Source of the DNA: Haliotis rubra
Taxonomy: Eukaryota
Assembly (NCBI RefSeq): GCF_003918875.1
Contig: NW_025767202.1
Location: 2,232,001 to 2,296,000 of the forward strand
Length of the DNA: 64,000 nucleotides
Direction of reading: 5' to 3'
Made by a program: the position numbers and the translations under genes. Numbering within the stretch: position 1 is the first letter of the stretch; each line of letters starts with the position of its first letter. Below, piece by piece: positions 22,302 to 33,887 of the stretch. The notes beneath the pieces are model-generated. The model was not told the origin of the DNA and ran no database searches. It was given only the letters and a program-made list of their open reading frames with translations.

Positions 22302-25073
22302 CCTGCAACACCTTGAAGAACATTGCCAGTGCTCATCAAGATCAACTAGCTGTCTAAAATCCCCATGGTATGTGGTGGGTAGATTCGACGTCTGACGCGT
22401 GCAGAAAGCCGACCTGAAATGAATCGTGATTTCCTTTTATATGATACATTTATTATGTGTACGTGAACCAAGATATTAAAACTTGTTTTCAGTAATTCTA
22501 ACATGCCGAAATACCAATATGTTCAGTAACCCTGATACACCTCTTTTAATGATCATTAGAACTCCATTGTCATATTCCGACAATATCCTAGTAACGTCAC
22601 CAACACATAATGTCGAAAAGGTGCACATATCTTGCTACACACACATGATGCAAAGGCAAGTCAATAACGTGAGATTGATCCTTAGTGACGGTACCAGGAC
22701 GCATATATCTTTGTGCACCAGTCTATTCACAATATTTGTATGGCAGTACCAAGTGATAATTTCTTCGTGAATTTATAGTATAAAATTTAAGGAGGGAATA
22801 TTTATATATACACGTGAATATATTCAGCATATGTTTTATAGATTTTGTGGTGATCCACCACTCTCTATAGTGGAAAATAGAGGATATTGACATGGTGCAA
22901 TTCCATATCATCAAAGGCTGTTGGGGAACAAATCCACACAGAAGCTGACACACTTTTCCAACCTTGATCATCACTACACAGTGATGTGATCTACACGGGG
23001 CACAGTAGTGTAAAATGTAATCTGTACGGGGCACAGTAGTGTAAAATGCGATCTACCTCAGGAAGGTTTGGAACCTGGCAATACTGCATGTCGAAAATCT
23101 GAACAAGTTGTCCAACAAAGTGTCCGGAATTTGGTTTGGCAACACAACAAACGCCGACATCACAAAGAAGTCGTTATCGTGACAGCCGATGTCGCCGTCG
23201 TGACCAGACCCCATGCTACAAAACACACAACCGTTGAAATAAGTCTTATATCAGTTGCGCTACTTATCTGATGGTGGCAACAGCCAGGGTTAATCTCGCA
23301 GATGTTGAAAGGAAACATGGGGACTCAAAGCACGAACCATTCAAAGAAAAAATAATCTTAGGGCTATGAAACATCATTTCTTGGTATTGACTGATAAAAA
23401 CGATTGTCTCCCTTTAAAATCGTGACACGTGATTGTTATCGTCCGCGCATACTCCGGGTGGGGTTCCTGACGTTTTGAGCCCGTGACACTCCTCACACAG
23501 AGCTGCTGTAAGCGGTACATCCAGACCCATATGTAAGACGCACAGATACGTGACGCACGGGACATCGCTTTACTTAAGCCAATGCAGCACACTGACGTTA
23601 TAACACAAGGATACAATTTTCCAAAGTTCTCTGCTGCGAAAGATCAGATGTAAACAGATGTAAACAGATGTAAACAAACTATCATAAGATGTACACCCCG
23701 CCATTACGTTATCTTTGCTAATGTACAATTGAATGTGGCCAACATGTGAGCTGCTCCTTATACTTTCAAGGCTGCGATATACACAGATGTTCAGACATAT
23801 CTGTCAAATATCTGTCAACGTGATGTTCCACAAACATGTTTCGCGATCAGTTGTGGCATTGTCTGAAATATTTGCCAGTGCAGTAACCAAGAATATGGGA
23901 CTTGATCACCACAGAACATACCTATGGCCAAGCTCGTGTGCTGCAATTTTCCATTCCCAACTCTTGAACTGATTCTCAATAAGGGAAACATCAAACGACC
24001 CACACATTGTACCAATAAAGGCAATACCTGGAATGGAAGTAACAAAAGGAAGTTAAAGTCTGCATGTCATCATCATGTTTGTTTATTTTCGAAATTTCCC
24101 CTTTCCTGAAAAACTGGTATCATCGCAATTTAATAGTTATTCACAAACCTGTGTCCATGATATAGTGGTACGAGACACCTTGCTTATTGAGGAGTTTTCT
24201 TAATCATAGGGAAATACTTCTTGTCGCTTGTATTCATAGGGAATAAATATGGTGTCCCTGTTTTAATTCTATACTACTATATGCCATCAATATGGTGTCC
24301 CTGTTTTAATTCTATGCTACTATGCCATCAATATGGTGTCCCTGTTTTAACTCTATACTACTATGCCATCAATATGGTGTCCCTGTTTTAACTCTATACT
24401 ACTATGCCATCAATATGGTGTCCCTGTTTTAATTCTATGCTACTATGCCATCAATATGGTGTCCCTGTTTTAATTCTATACTACTATGCCATCAATATGG
24501 TGTCCCTGTTTTAACTCTATACTACTATATGCCATCAATATGGTGTCCCTGTTTTAATTCTATACTACTATGCCGTCAATATGGTGTCCCTGTTTTAATT
24601 CTATACTACTATGCCATCAATATGGTGTCCCTGTTTTAATTCTATACTACTATATGCCATCAATATGGTGTCCCTGTTTTAATTCTATGCTACTATGCCA
24701 TCAATATGGTGTCCCTGTTTTAATTCTATACTACTATGCCATCAATATGGTGTCCCTGTTTTAATTCTATACTACTATGCTATCAATATGGTGTCCCTGT
24801 TTTAATTCTATACTACTATGCCATCAATACGTCTTTATCATATGTCTACATTGATCGTTTTAATATGAAATAGCTGTTCTATAAGATTTCTTTGAAAATG
24901 ATTTATAAATACGTTATACCAATATATATTTCACACTTATCACGAAGCGATAATAAAAGTACCAATGACGTTTTAACATTATTAACATGTGTCTTGTAAT
25001 ACCTTTGCTTCTGAATTCAATGCTTGCAATATCAGGCGACTGCGTAAAAATACTACTCACTTAAAGCACTCAC

Positions 25074-25125
<52 letters not shown>

Positions 25126-28100
25126 GTGCGCGCGCGAGTGTGTGTGTGTTTACATCGAAGATTGATTTCTACACTAATTTGGGGAAACCAAATTGCTGAA
25201 AAGCGTGTGCAAATATTGTGCACGTGAACAGCTGGATTTTGGTGTAAAGGGTTGTTCAGAACTCGTCAATTTTCAATGATTTTTATCATTTATTGAACTC
25301 ATGCGATAATCTTTTCAATGTTACGAATTTATTTTGCAATACATCAGTTCATGTTTAAACAGTACCTTTAAACAGTATGCAATATTTTGCAAAATGTAGT
25401 TTAGAACAGTTGCCTGAAGTAAGTGGCTATATTTACACTAGTGAGTCTAAACCTTTGATGAGAAGTATATTATGAGCATATGACAATATAGTGCATTTAA
25501 TGTATCACTACCTAGGAGATTCAATTGTCTCATTTTGGTGACGTTACCTTTCCTGTTACGATGATGTTCAATGTGTTGCCCTTTACATTGATTGTATCGG
25601 CGCCAATGGTGGTCAGATCTGATGTTGACATGATAACTAAGCTGTTACCCCATCCCTCTATACAGGCGGCTTCATTTGTCACTTGTTACCATGTAGGGGT
25701 TTTGTCGATGGAATTGTAAGGAGGTAACATACATGGATCGGACGAATTTCGAAATATTGTTCTGAGATTTCAATAACAAGATATCGTTCGTTAAACACCT
25801 TCACATCACACCATACCTAGAACGGATCCAGCCGATGAAGGCGTCCACATGTCGTACCTGTAGTAAACAATCATACATTGAGACGAAGCATGCTGAGAAC
25901 TGTATTTATCATATCTCAATGTTTGATCAGCTCGCAAAGTATGATGGGTAAATAACATTGAGACATAATTATGATACCGTCCAGATCTCTGACACCGATC
26001 AACACAAACACGACTTCGATCACAATTACGTCAAGTTATTTTGAAGCCAAATAACCGGTGTCGTGGCACAGGCGCAGCGTTCACTTACACAATCAGCCAG
26101 GTCATGTGCAGAATTGGTTTGAATACATGCGCGGCCGGTAGATATGTACATAAATGACATTATCGTTGGTTTGTTGTTTAACGCCGCACTCAGCAATATT
26201 CCAGCTATATGGGAGCGGTCTGCAAATAATCGCGAGTCTCACCAGCCAATCCACTAATCAACAGCATGAGCATCGAACTACGCAATGCTGATACGATGAC
26301 ATGTGTCAACCAAGTCAGCGTGCCCGACGAAGCATTGGTTACTGAAGAACAATTCGGATCTTCACGGGTTTAAATGACTTTTAAGACCAATTCGGATCTT
26401 CACGGGTTTAAATGACAGTGTAAAAGAACAATCATTCATTTGTGGCCATCACTGGCGTCATTATTTAGAGGGACTAATGTACACTCAGTGTTACATGAGG
26501 TGAGAATTCTCGGTTCGAGTCTCACCCTGTGAAGGCCATGGCGTGGTCGCCCCGTGGTACAACTTGCTTATCAACTAGCACACGACGGTGATTCCTGAAG
26601 TCCTGGATGGCTGCCTGTGCGTCGATGGATCCGTCACCCCGGACATTGTCTTCGGACCACTGGGAGGCACCTGGAGACTATGAGTGAGTGAGTAGACCTT
26701 TTAACGACCTTTCACTGTTTCATGAATGACATGATGGCAGCTTGCCTCCCAAGGAGAGGAGAGATTCAGCTGTTAGACGTCTACCACGGGTTGACAAACC
26801 TTGATACAAATACTAGGAGGAACGGGATTCGAACCCAAGTTCATGATATTAGACGGCATGTAATTGGAGGTGCGGGCCATCCGTGGCCCCATGGAGACTT
26901 TGAAATAGAACATGAAAACGGAAGTATTGATTAAGTGCGCAAACACGTTACAAATACTTACTATGAACGATATTGTCATGTTGGTTACAGTGTGAGCATC
27001 CCAAGTTGTCTCGGCATGGACAAGCAGCAGAATACAGACTTGTACATAGCATGTTGTCTTCATCGGTAAATTTCCTTTAATGATGCTTCATGAGATCGTA
27101 GCCATGCAATGAGGCACTATCACGTCAAGCGATCAATATTCAACTGATGCCATCTAGTGTAGATTTGTGTCACCTTATATAATATCTAGCCATGCAACAC
27201 AGGTATAGTGGAGCAATTAATTTGTTCAAATGGCATTCACTTACTCACTCACTCACTCACTCACCCAAACGTGCAATAAAGATCCCACAACAAAGTCCGA
27301 CGTACCGTTGCTATGGCAAGACTTACAGCCTTGACAACGATATTTATGTCTGGGTTATCCTCAACGACTGTCCCGTATGTCAACGTCATCTGCAGAATAT
27401 AAACACAAATCATCAGACTAACTGCTTTCTGTCGTTACAGATCGACAAAACTCTGTTTGTGCAAAGAATATAGGTCACAATAAAGATTACCGGAAACTTC
27501 AATTAGGAACTGTGTATTAAGTGGCACGTTTTGTTTCACGTGAGATTAAAAAAATATAGTTAGTAAGAAAGGAAGATTCTTATGGATAACAACTTCTTTT
27601 ATTATATAAGATGCGACGTTTCGGTATGGATTCTTATACCGTTGTCAAGCAGAATCCATACCGAAACGTCGCATCATATATAATAAAAGATGTTGTTATC
27701 CATAAGAATCTTCCTTTCTTATTAGTCACCAACTTCTACATGCCAATCAAACAGATCAAACAGATAAAAAATAGTTGTTAATAAAATTTACGATGAAAGC
27801 CTCACGAAATGTATATTTACAATGACACTTTTCTCCGGCATACATTCACTTAATGTATTACTATCTACCAGCTGAAGCGGTCGTTTCCTCACAGCATATT
27901 ATTGTGATGACACTACGCCATCCCAAACTACGTTTGCTATATTACCGCGACTTGTTAAAACTTGGATTCTGTAACCGTGATACAAGTGATGGATAATATA
28001 ATGCACTTTACCTATTCCCCGAAGCTGACTCAACATGAGATGAGTCGCCAGTCAACAACCATTGATTACTTTGGACCTAATACCTAGAATCCCAAGGGAA

Positions 28101-31100
28101 GGAATCTTGTTGTCTCACATTCCGGTTACAAAATAAAATCATACGACTGACGTTTAAAAATAGATCATCTCCATTTAACATGTTTTTGTATTCTCCAACA
28201 TTTCTACAGGTGATAATCTGGCAAGTGTTTCGGTTTTCCCTCATCCTGTTACTTTCATCATGAAGGGTGACAGAAATTTCCTGGAAACAGTCTCGTAGCT
28301 AGAGGATGTTATACTTTTGGACACATCATCAGGCCATTACAAATTAAAACGAAGCTTTATAGTTACGAAGATAGCTACAAGATGTGACTTTGCAATAGAA
28401 GAACAGTGAAACCTGTCTTAACCGGCACCCTACGGGAACGGTAAAATGCCGGTTTAGACAGGATGCCGGATTAGACAGTGACGATCATTTTCCACCATGG
28501 CTGCCATTTACTGTCGTCAGCCTCTCAGTCTCGTGCCGAGAGGAGAGAAGTTTTTTTATTAATGTTTTAGTGATCATTATACCGTTGTAAAATGGCGGGA
28601 CCAAAATTTTATGCCGGTTTTGACAGTGTGTCGAATTAGACAAGTGTCGGTGTTGGCATGTTTCACTTTATATTAAAATTTAAAAAAAGGGAAATTTATA
28701 AAAGAAGTCTGTCTGTACCATTCCGAAATGTCAAGGTTGGATTTTACGTCCGCATCAGAGGTCTGGCACATCGTGAAACCAGACCATATATAATTTAGGA
28801 ATGATTAACTTTGGGTTTGAATCTGGAAGATTTTCACTTGATGAATACATGTATGTATATGTACAGTGGTGTGGTATAGCTGCTACATCGTTTAACACAT
28901 AGACGCATGAAAGCACGAACGCACGAACGCACCCACGCTAGCTTGCTTACCACTCTTTCATTTTGTTAAATATAACTAATATGTCTTACAAGTTCCGCGA
29001 CCGTCGCATACCAAAGAGCCACTGTGGATATTGTGTCTGATGTTGACGTAAAACCAAATCGCTGTTGGAAGCTGCAACAGAAGGTAGAGTAGGTCCCTGT
29101 GAAATGGGAACGTTCAAATATACATTCCAAAGAAGAGGAGGGTTCAGCTGTAAGGTCCCTTTCGTATGAAACTTCGTGGACATGTTAAAATTTTCTAAAA
29201 TCTATATTTTCATCAACATGTAAGTACATGTGGTAAAATACCAAACTGAGTTTGTGCATGGGTACTTTACCTTTTGGGTAAAATACATTTAAAAACTTTT
29301 TTACATCACCTTAGACCGTAAGCTCGGCTGAAAGATTTGCAATTGCTAATACAGAGATATTATATGAAACCACCCGTCACTAACGCCTGGAGTCGTCATC
29401 GATGTTCATGTAACACTGTGTATCGTTTATTGTTCATACATTACTTACTTGGTGAAGTCTTTGTAATCTGAGTGCATCACGAGTTCCACTGTGTAGATGT
29501 GCGTGGTCCAATCAGAAGGAGGCAATGTAACAGTCTCCACTTCTGAAAAAGTTATTTAAATTGACATGACATAGATAAACGTGTAATATTTATAATACTG
29601 AATTTTATGAAGTATCACCAACTTCATCAAAATCAGCCCAGTACGCGTTGTAAGGTTCTGGCCCTTAGGTATGGGTTCGAATCCCTGTTCGGTTGATAAT
29701 GTTGTGTATGTTGTTACAGCCATACTCGCTGACGTCACCAATGAGGTGAAAGTCAAGAACCTGCATCCTCCCACTTCGTGTCGCAATGTAACTGAGATAA
29801 TGCTCAAAGTGACGTCGAACTTCACTCACTCACTCACAATATATCAAACAAGCTTTTACCACTGAGAATATTTGAAGTATTTCTGATGACGAAATCCAAA
29901 GCGCGTGCTGCCTGTTCCTCCACGGGCCTCATGACGTGTATGTGAGCGAGACTGGCACTGTTTGAAGCTGCGGGCCACACGCTGTATTGGCGCCTGTGGA
30001 GGAACATGGTGCCCATCTGAAATAAGTGCTGGATAATGTTATGTGGCAGTGTAAGTCACTGTAGAATAGTGTTGTAATTGTTGTATCACATTGTTTCTGT
30101 TAACACGTTCAGCGGAAGGAAATGGTGTTCTAGTTCTATATTTAGATTTGGTTTCAAGAGTAATCTGGAGGTCTGTAGAACAGGACAGGTGAATCCAGCT
30201 TGATAGTAAAGACACCTATGTATATAACGTGACAGGCTCTCTCCTCTGTCACCACATATTACATGAAGACCAGCAGTCTGTGAAGATGATATATATCCTA
30301 CAGTCTGTAGGTCTAATTTGTAAACGTGACCCACATTGCGATATCATCACCGACATTTTTGTCACAAGGAACTACTGCCTTAGATAACATTTCCTTTGTG
30401 TGTGTGTGGGGGGGGGCTAAACACTACATTCTATTACGTACAGATTTCTGGGTGGACGTATTGTTTCAATTTCGACATCGTCACTTCAATAGACAATACA
30501 AAAACAATCCTAATAAGATCAACCGACCATTATATACTTTTGAGTTACAATTCTATCGACGGGATCTAGGCTGTCTGGATTTGTCTGGCCCACCACAGTA
30601 TCAAAATATGTCAAATTCTTTCATTCGTCTGAAATATTCTCGGATTAAAATTATGTCAGAATGTACAAAGTCAGTATGGACACACTTCCTGGTTTTAATT
30701 CTGCGTGAGGTTATGAGTTCACACCATTGTACTTAACATGCTTGGTGCATTTGAACAACTTACAATATCAAACTGACCATCAGAACCACGTCTGCATGCA
30801 AAAGCACCTTTGAGTTGTATATCCCTGTAGATTCCACAGTTCTGAAATGATAAAGATCATGTTATATCGCGTTTTATACAATTGATACAATGTTGTTCTT
30901 CATAGCTGAAAATACAATAACACGTGTCAAGATAGCTACAGTGACTACGATTTCTTATTTGATTTCTATTTAAATATATAAACATATCAAGAAATATAGA
31001 ACACAATTTGAATAAATCATATCTTTGGTTATCTATCATAGCCCCGTGGAGATATTAGCTAATCCACCATTCACACTTTGTTTTCTCAGTAACCTACACA

Positions 31101-32446
31101 CGGAATTTACTTTTATTGGTTCCAAATTATTCTGAACCTGTGAACAAAGTCATGTAAATTTGTGTATGATCACCAACAAAACACAATGGTAATAAATTCT
31201 CCACGTATCAAGGAATGAAGAGTTTTCCGGAATTTAACCTTTTGGATATGATGTACTAATTAGAAAATATGAATATATTTTGAGAAAAGTAGGAGCTGAT
31301 CCTTTGAGGTTTCAATACTCCCCAAGCTAGTAATTCCACTTATCTCAAATACTTTCTGTGAATATAATGGCTGTCTTGTTATTTGGTAGACAGGGATTTG
31401 GTACTATATTTGGATCCAGCTATGTACCTCTTTGTACGGATCTTTATCGAGCTTCGGAATCCAGTACAAATACATGTCCTCAGGCCAAGGTAAATTTAAA
31501 TGTTGATAGTGCTAATGCATGGCGTAGGCAGATTTCTCCCTAAATTAACTTAATGGTATTTATATGCCACTTATACCTGGAGAGGGTCAAATACTGAAGC
31601 ATTTTATTGGGTCCAAGATCGACAAGGTTTGGTTTGACCTGGCTGAGCTCCCATAAATACTGTGTCGGAGATTGGCAGGGATATAAATCGGCTTTGTGTA
31701 AAGAGATTGATGAAAATGGCGATGTGACTATCTTGGGTCGAGGGCGACCCTGGCTCACCTCGTTTCCCGGCTCCCTGCGTGTGGAGGTGTAGTTGACCCC
31801 GGTGTTGTGGATGATGTACACGGGCATGTTGACGGAGTTGACGGGACTGAGAGTCAGCCTCATCTCCACGGACCCCTGCAGGGTGTGGAGCATCAGGTGG
31901 AGGTCTACGGGCATGTCCCCTGATGACCTCATTGGGCCTGATGTGGTGATCGTTTTCAGCCATGAAAATTCTATAATCATTAAATCCCAAATGCCAGAGA
32001 CATGTAACACATACATTGAGACATGTCAGAAATGGTGCACGAAAAATGCACAGCGTAAGTAGTAGTAATTTGAAGATGTGAGTGAGTGAGTTTAGTTTTG
32101 CGCAGCTTTTAGCAATATTCCAGAGTTGGGGACACCAGAAATGGGCTTCACACATTGTACCCATGTGGGGAATCGAACCCGGGCTTCACACATTGTACCC
32201 ATGTGGGGAATCGAACCCGGGTCTTCCGCTTAACCACTAGGCTACCCAACAATAATTTGAAGATCTAATTGCTTTAACACATTTAGCCACATGTTTTTGG
32301 TTACATGTGTAGGTATTAGCAGATACGTGTATAGAGAATCGGCTACTAGTGGTATTCGACCTACCTTTTATTTCACGTATACTGTCCCCAAAGAACGCTT
32401 GTCCAGTCCCCATTACGTACAGGAGGACCAGAACTAACATCCACAT
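22302..32446 (-). CDS. ADAM/ADAMTS-like zinc metalloprotease (reprolysin, M12B), 3' end not recoverable
   Basis: 12 phase-consistent exons: 32365-32446 (signal peptide); 31759-31937, 30764-30841, 29860-30016 (prodomain); 29449-29542 (YTVELVMHSDY); 28990-29071; 27306-27389; 26526-26677 (DHAMAFTG); 25817-25857 (YDMW..VLG); 23922-24027 (IAFIGTMCG...AAHELGHS); 23057-23215 (MGSGHDG..C....FVMS...FSTCSI); 22302-22413. These give 442 stop-free codons with HExxHxxGxxHD and a Met-turn. Confidence 0.88.
24246..24829. repeat. 41-bp minisatellite, about 14 copies
   Basis: Unit ATGGTGTCCCTGTTTTAATTCTATACTACTATGCCATCAAT. Confidence 0.95.
25078..25149. repeat. (GT)n microsatellite
   Basis: Direct reading. 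Confidence 0.95.
26165..26370 (-). mobile_element. SINE family 2 copy
   Basis: Reverse complement of the family-2 body and tail, with an internal deletion. Confidence 0.75.
26681..26870 (-). mobile_element. Degenerate tRNA-SINE abutting a splice acceptor
   Basis: Minus strand has B-box GGGTTCGAATCCC (~26823-26835) and ends GGTCGTTAAAAGGTCTACTCACTCACTCA immediately before TAG of the exon at 26677. Confidence 0.5.
27561..27750. mobile_element. Penelope-like inverted terminal-repeat fragment (about 74-bp palindrome arms)
   Basis: Arms 27561-27634 and 27651-27724 are near-perfect reverse complements. Shares the AATAAA(A)GAAGTTG tail with the GIY-YIG fragment. Confidence 0.75.
27612..27651 (-). 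ncRNA. Minimal type-I hammerhead ribozyme motif (U3-A8 variant)
   Basis: Minus strand TGC-TTGACAA-C-GGTAT-aagaatcc-ATACC-GAAA-CG-TC-GCA: stem I TGC/GCA, core, stem II, GAAA, palindromic ACGT stem III and GUC cleavage triplet. Confidence 0.6.
28404..28668. mobile_element. pogo/Tigger-like MITE
   Basis: Left CAGTGAAACCTGTCTTAACCGGCAC and degenerate right GTGTCGGTGTTGGCATGTTTCACTT, with internal CCGGTTTAGACAG repeats. Confidence 0.55.
32078..32250 (-). mobile_element. tRNA-derived SINE (family 1) with internal 38-bp duplication
   Basis: GGGCTTCACACATTGTACCCATGTGGGGAATCGAACCC occurs twice. TSD TAATTTGAAGAT. Confidence 0.85.
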
Positions 32447-33185
32447 TACTGACAGGTGAAAGGAAGATTTGCAAGCGAGAAATCAGAAATTACAAATCAG
32501 ATTTGGATTTCACGCGTAAATTGCTTTTTCACCTGGAGCAATACAGATACGATGAACATTGTGTGAGTCATTTCTTTGTTTGCGCTAGCTAATCTGTACT
32601 AACTGTTTGACGCATATTATACAATTATCGTTTGTAGAACTTGTAACTACTTGTAACACCGGTGGCAAATACAGCGTTATAATTCATACAAAAGAGATAA
32701 ACTATGGCAACATCATTTGAATATCTGTAAAGTATATCACTGAGTGTTGGAATAAAATAAACAAAATTAATGTCATTAATTTCCATAACGTGATTAGCGC
32801 TTTTTGGATAATTTGTTCATTCACCTTGAGAACAAGTGGAGGAATGGTTTGCGAGCACACTTGGGTATAGTGTTTCAAAATGTGAGGAATTAGGTGTTTC
32901 TATAATCGAGTGAGAGGATACACCAATGACCACGTCATCACTACCTTCAACCACAGAGAACACGGTGGCAAAAGCATATTGTATTTGTTACCTGTAAGGG
33001 AAATAAAGACTTTACTTTAGGGGTATATAGAGAGCATAAAACGTCAACGTCAATTATACAGTTTCAATTATCTTCCGAAACAGATTCCACTCCTAAAAAG
33101 ACAAAAAAGTGGCAAGTGTATGGTTGAATAGTTGAAACTCGTGATGACGCCTGTTGCCCCGCAGCAGGAAGAAAGGATATTAAGA

Positions 33186-33356
33186 CTGACTGACTGACTG
33201 AGTTTTGGTTTTACGCCGCTTTTAGCAATATTCCAGCAATATAACGGCGGGGGACACCAGAAATGGGCTTCACTCATTGTACCCATGTGGAGATTCGAAC
33301 CCGGGTCTTTGGCGTGACGAGCCAACGCTTTAACCACTAGGCTACCCCACCGCCCC
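33186..33356 (-). mobile_element. tRNA-derived SINE (family 1), full length, inserted in a Penelope-like terminal fragment
   Basis: 11-bp TSD GGATATTAAGA (33175-33185, 33357-33367). Confidence 0.9.
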
Positions 33357-33367
33357 GGATATTAAGA

Positions 33368-33446
33368 AGATGTGGATGAACAACTTCTTTATTGCAGTGA
33401 GAACGACGTATGGGTGTTGGTTCGAACACCGTTATCAAGCAAGTGA
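33368..33446 (-). mobile_element. Penelope-like terminal fragment with decayed hammerhead motif
   Basis: Minus strand CACTTGC-TTGATAA-C-GGTGT-tcgaacca-ACACC-cata-CGTC...AATAAAGAAGTTG. Confidence 0.55.
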
Positions 33447-33887
33447 TGAGGTGTTTGAAAAGCGTTGTGGAATAGTTACCTATAGATCACCTCGAACATT
33501 TATTAGATTCATTGCAATTTGTGTGCAAGAGAGGCGTTGAAGATGCCACGTATTCGAGCTTGCACTTGCCTGTTGGAACGTAGTTCGAAACGACTGAAAT
33601 GTCATAGTATAAAATGCACGTTCTAATTTGGCTTATTTCAGAATATGAAATTTAATGAACAGGAACTGTAACCAGAACATATAAATGGAATATTAATATA
33701 CATTAGGTGTGCACATTCCCTTCAGGATCCTCTGTATGTCAGTAGAGAACATAACAGCATAACTCATAGTAGGTACAAATACTTTATAACAAGATATATA
33801 CATCAAAAACAGTAAAACCACTGGGCAGCTGATCATTAGTTTACACTGCATACTGCCCAGTGTTATCACATTGTTCATCAGTGACGT

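Noticed and set aside
24246-24829. CRISPR-like regular array (also 3737-4820 and 6158-6585)
   Set aside because: Head-to-tail repeats with no unique spacers and no cas genes, in eukaryotic DNA.
22302-32446. Merging the protease and the Calx-beta/TSP1 exons into one ADAMTS gene
   Set aside because: The downstream unit has its own ATG, signal peptide and candidate upstream exon/TATA, and no bridging exons were found.
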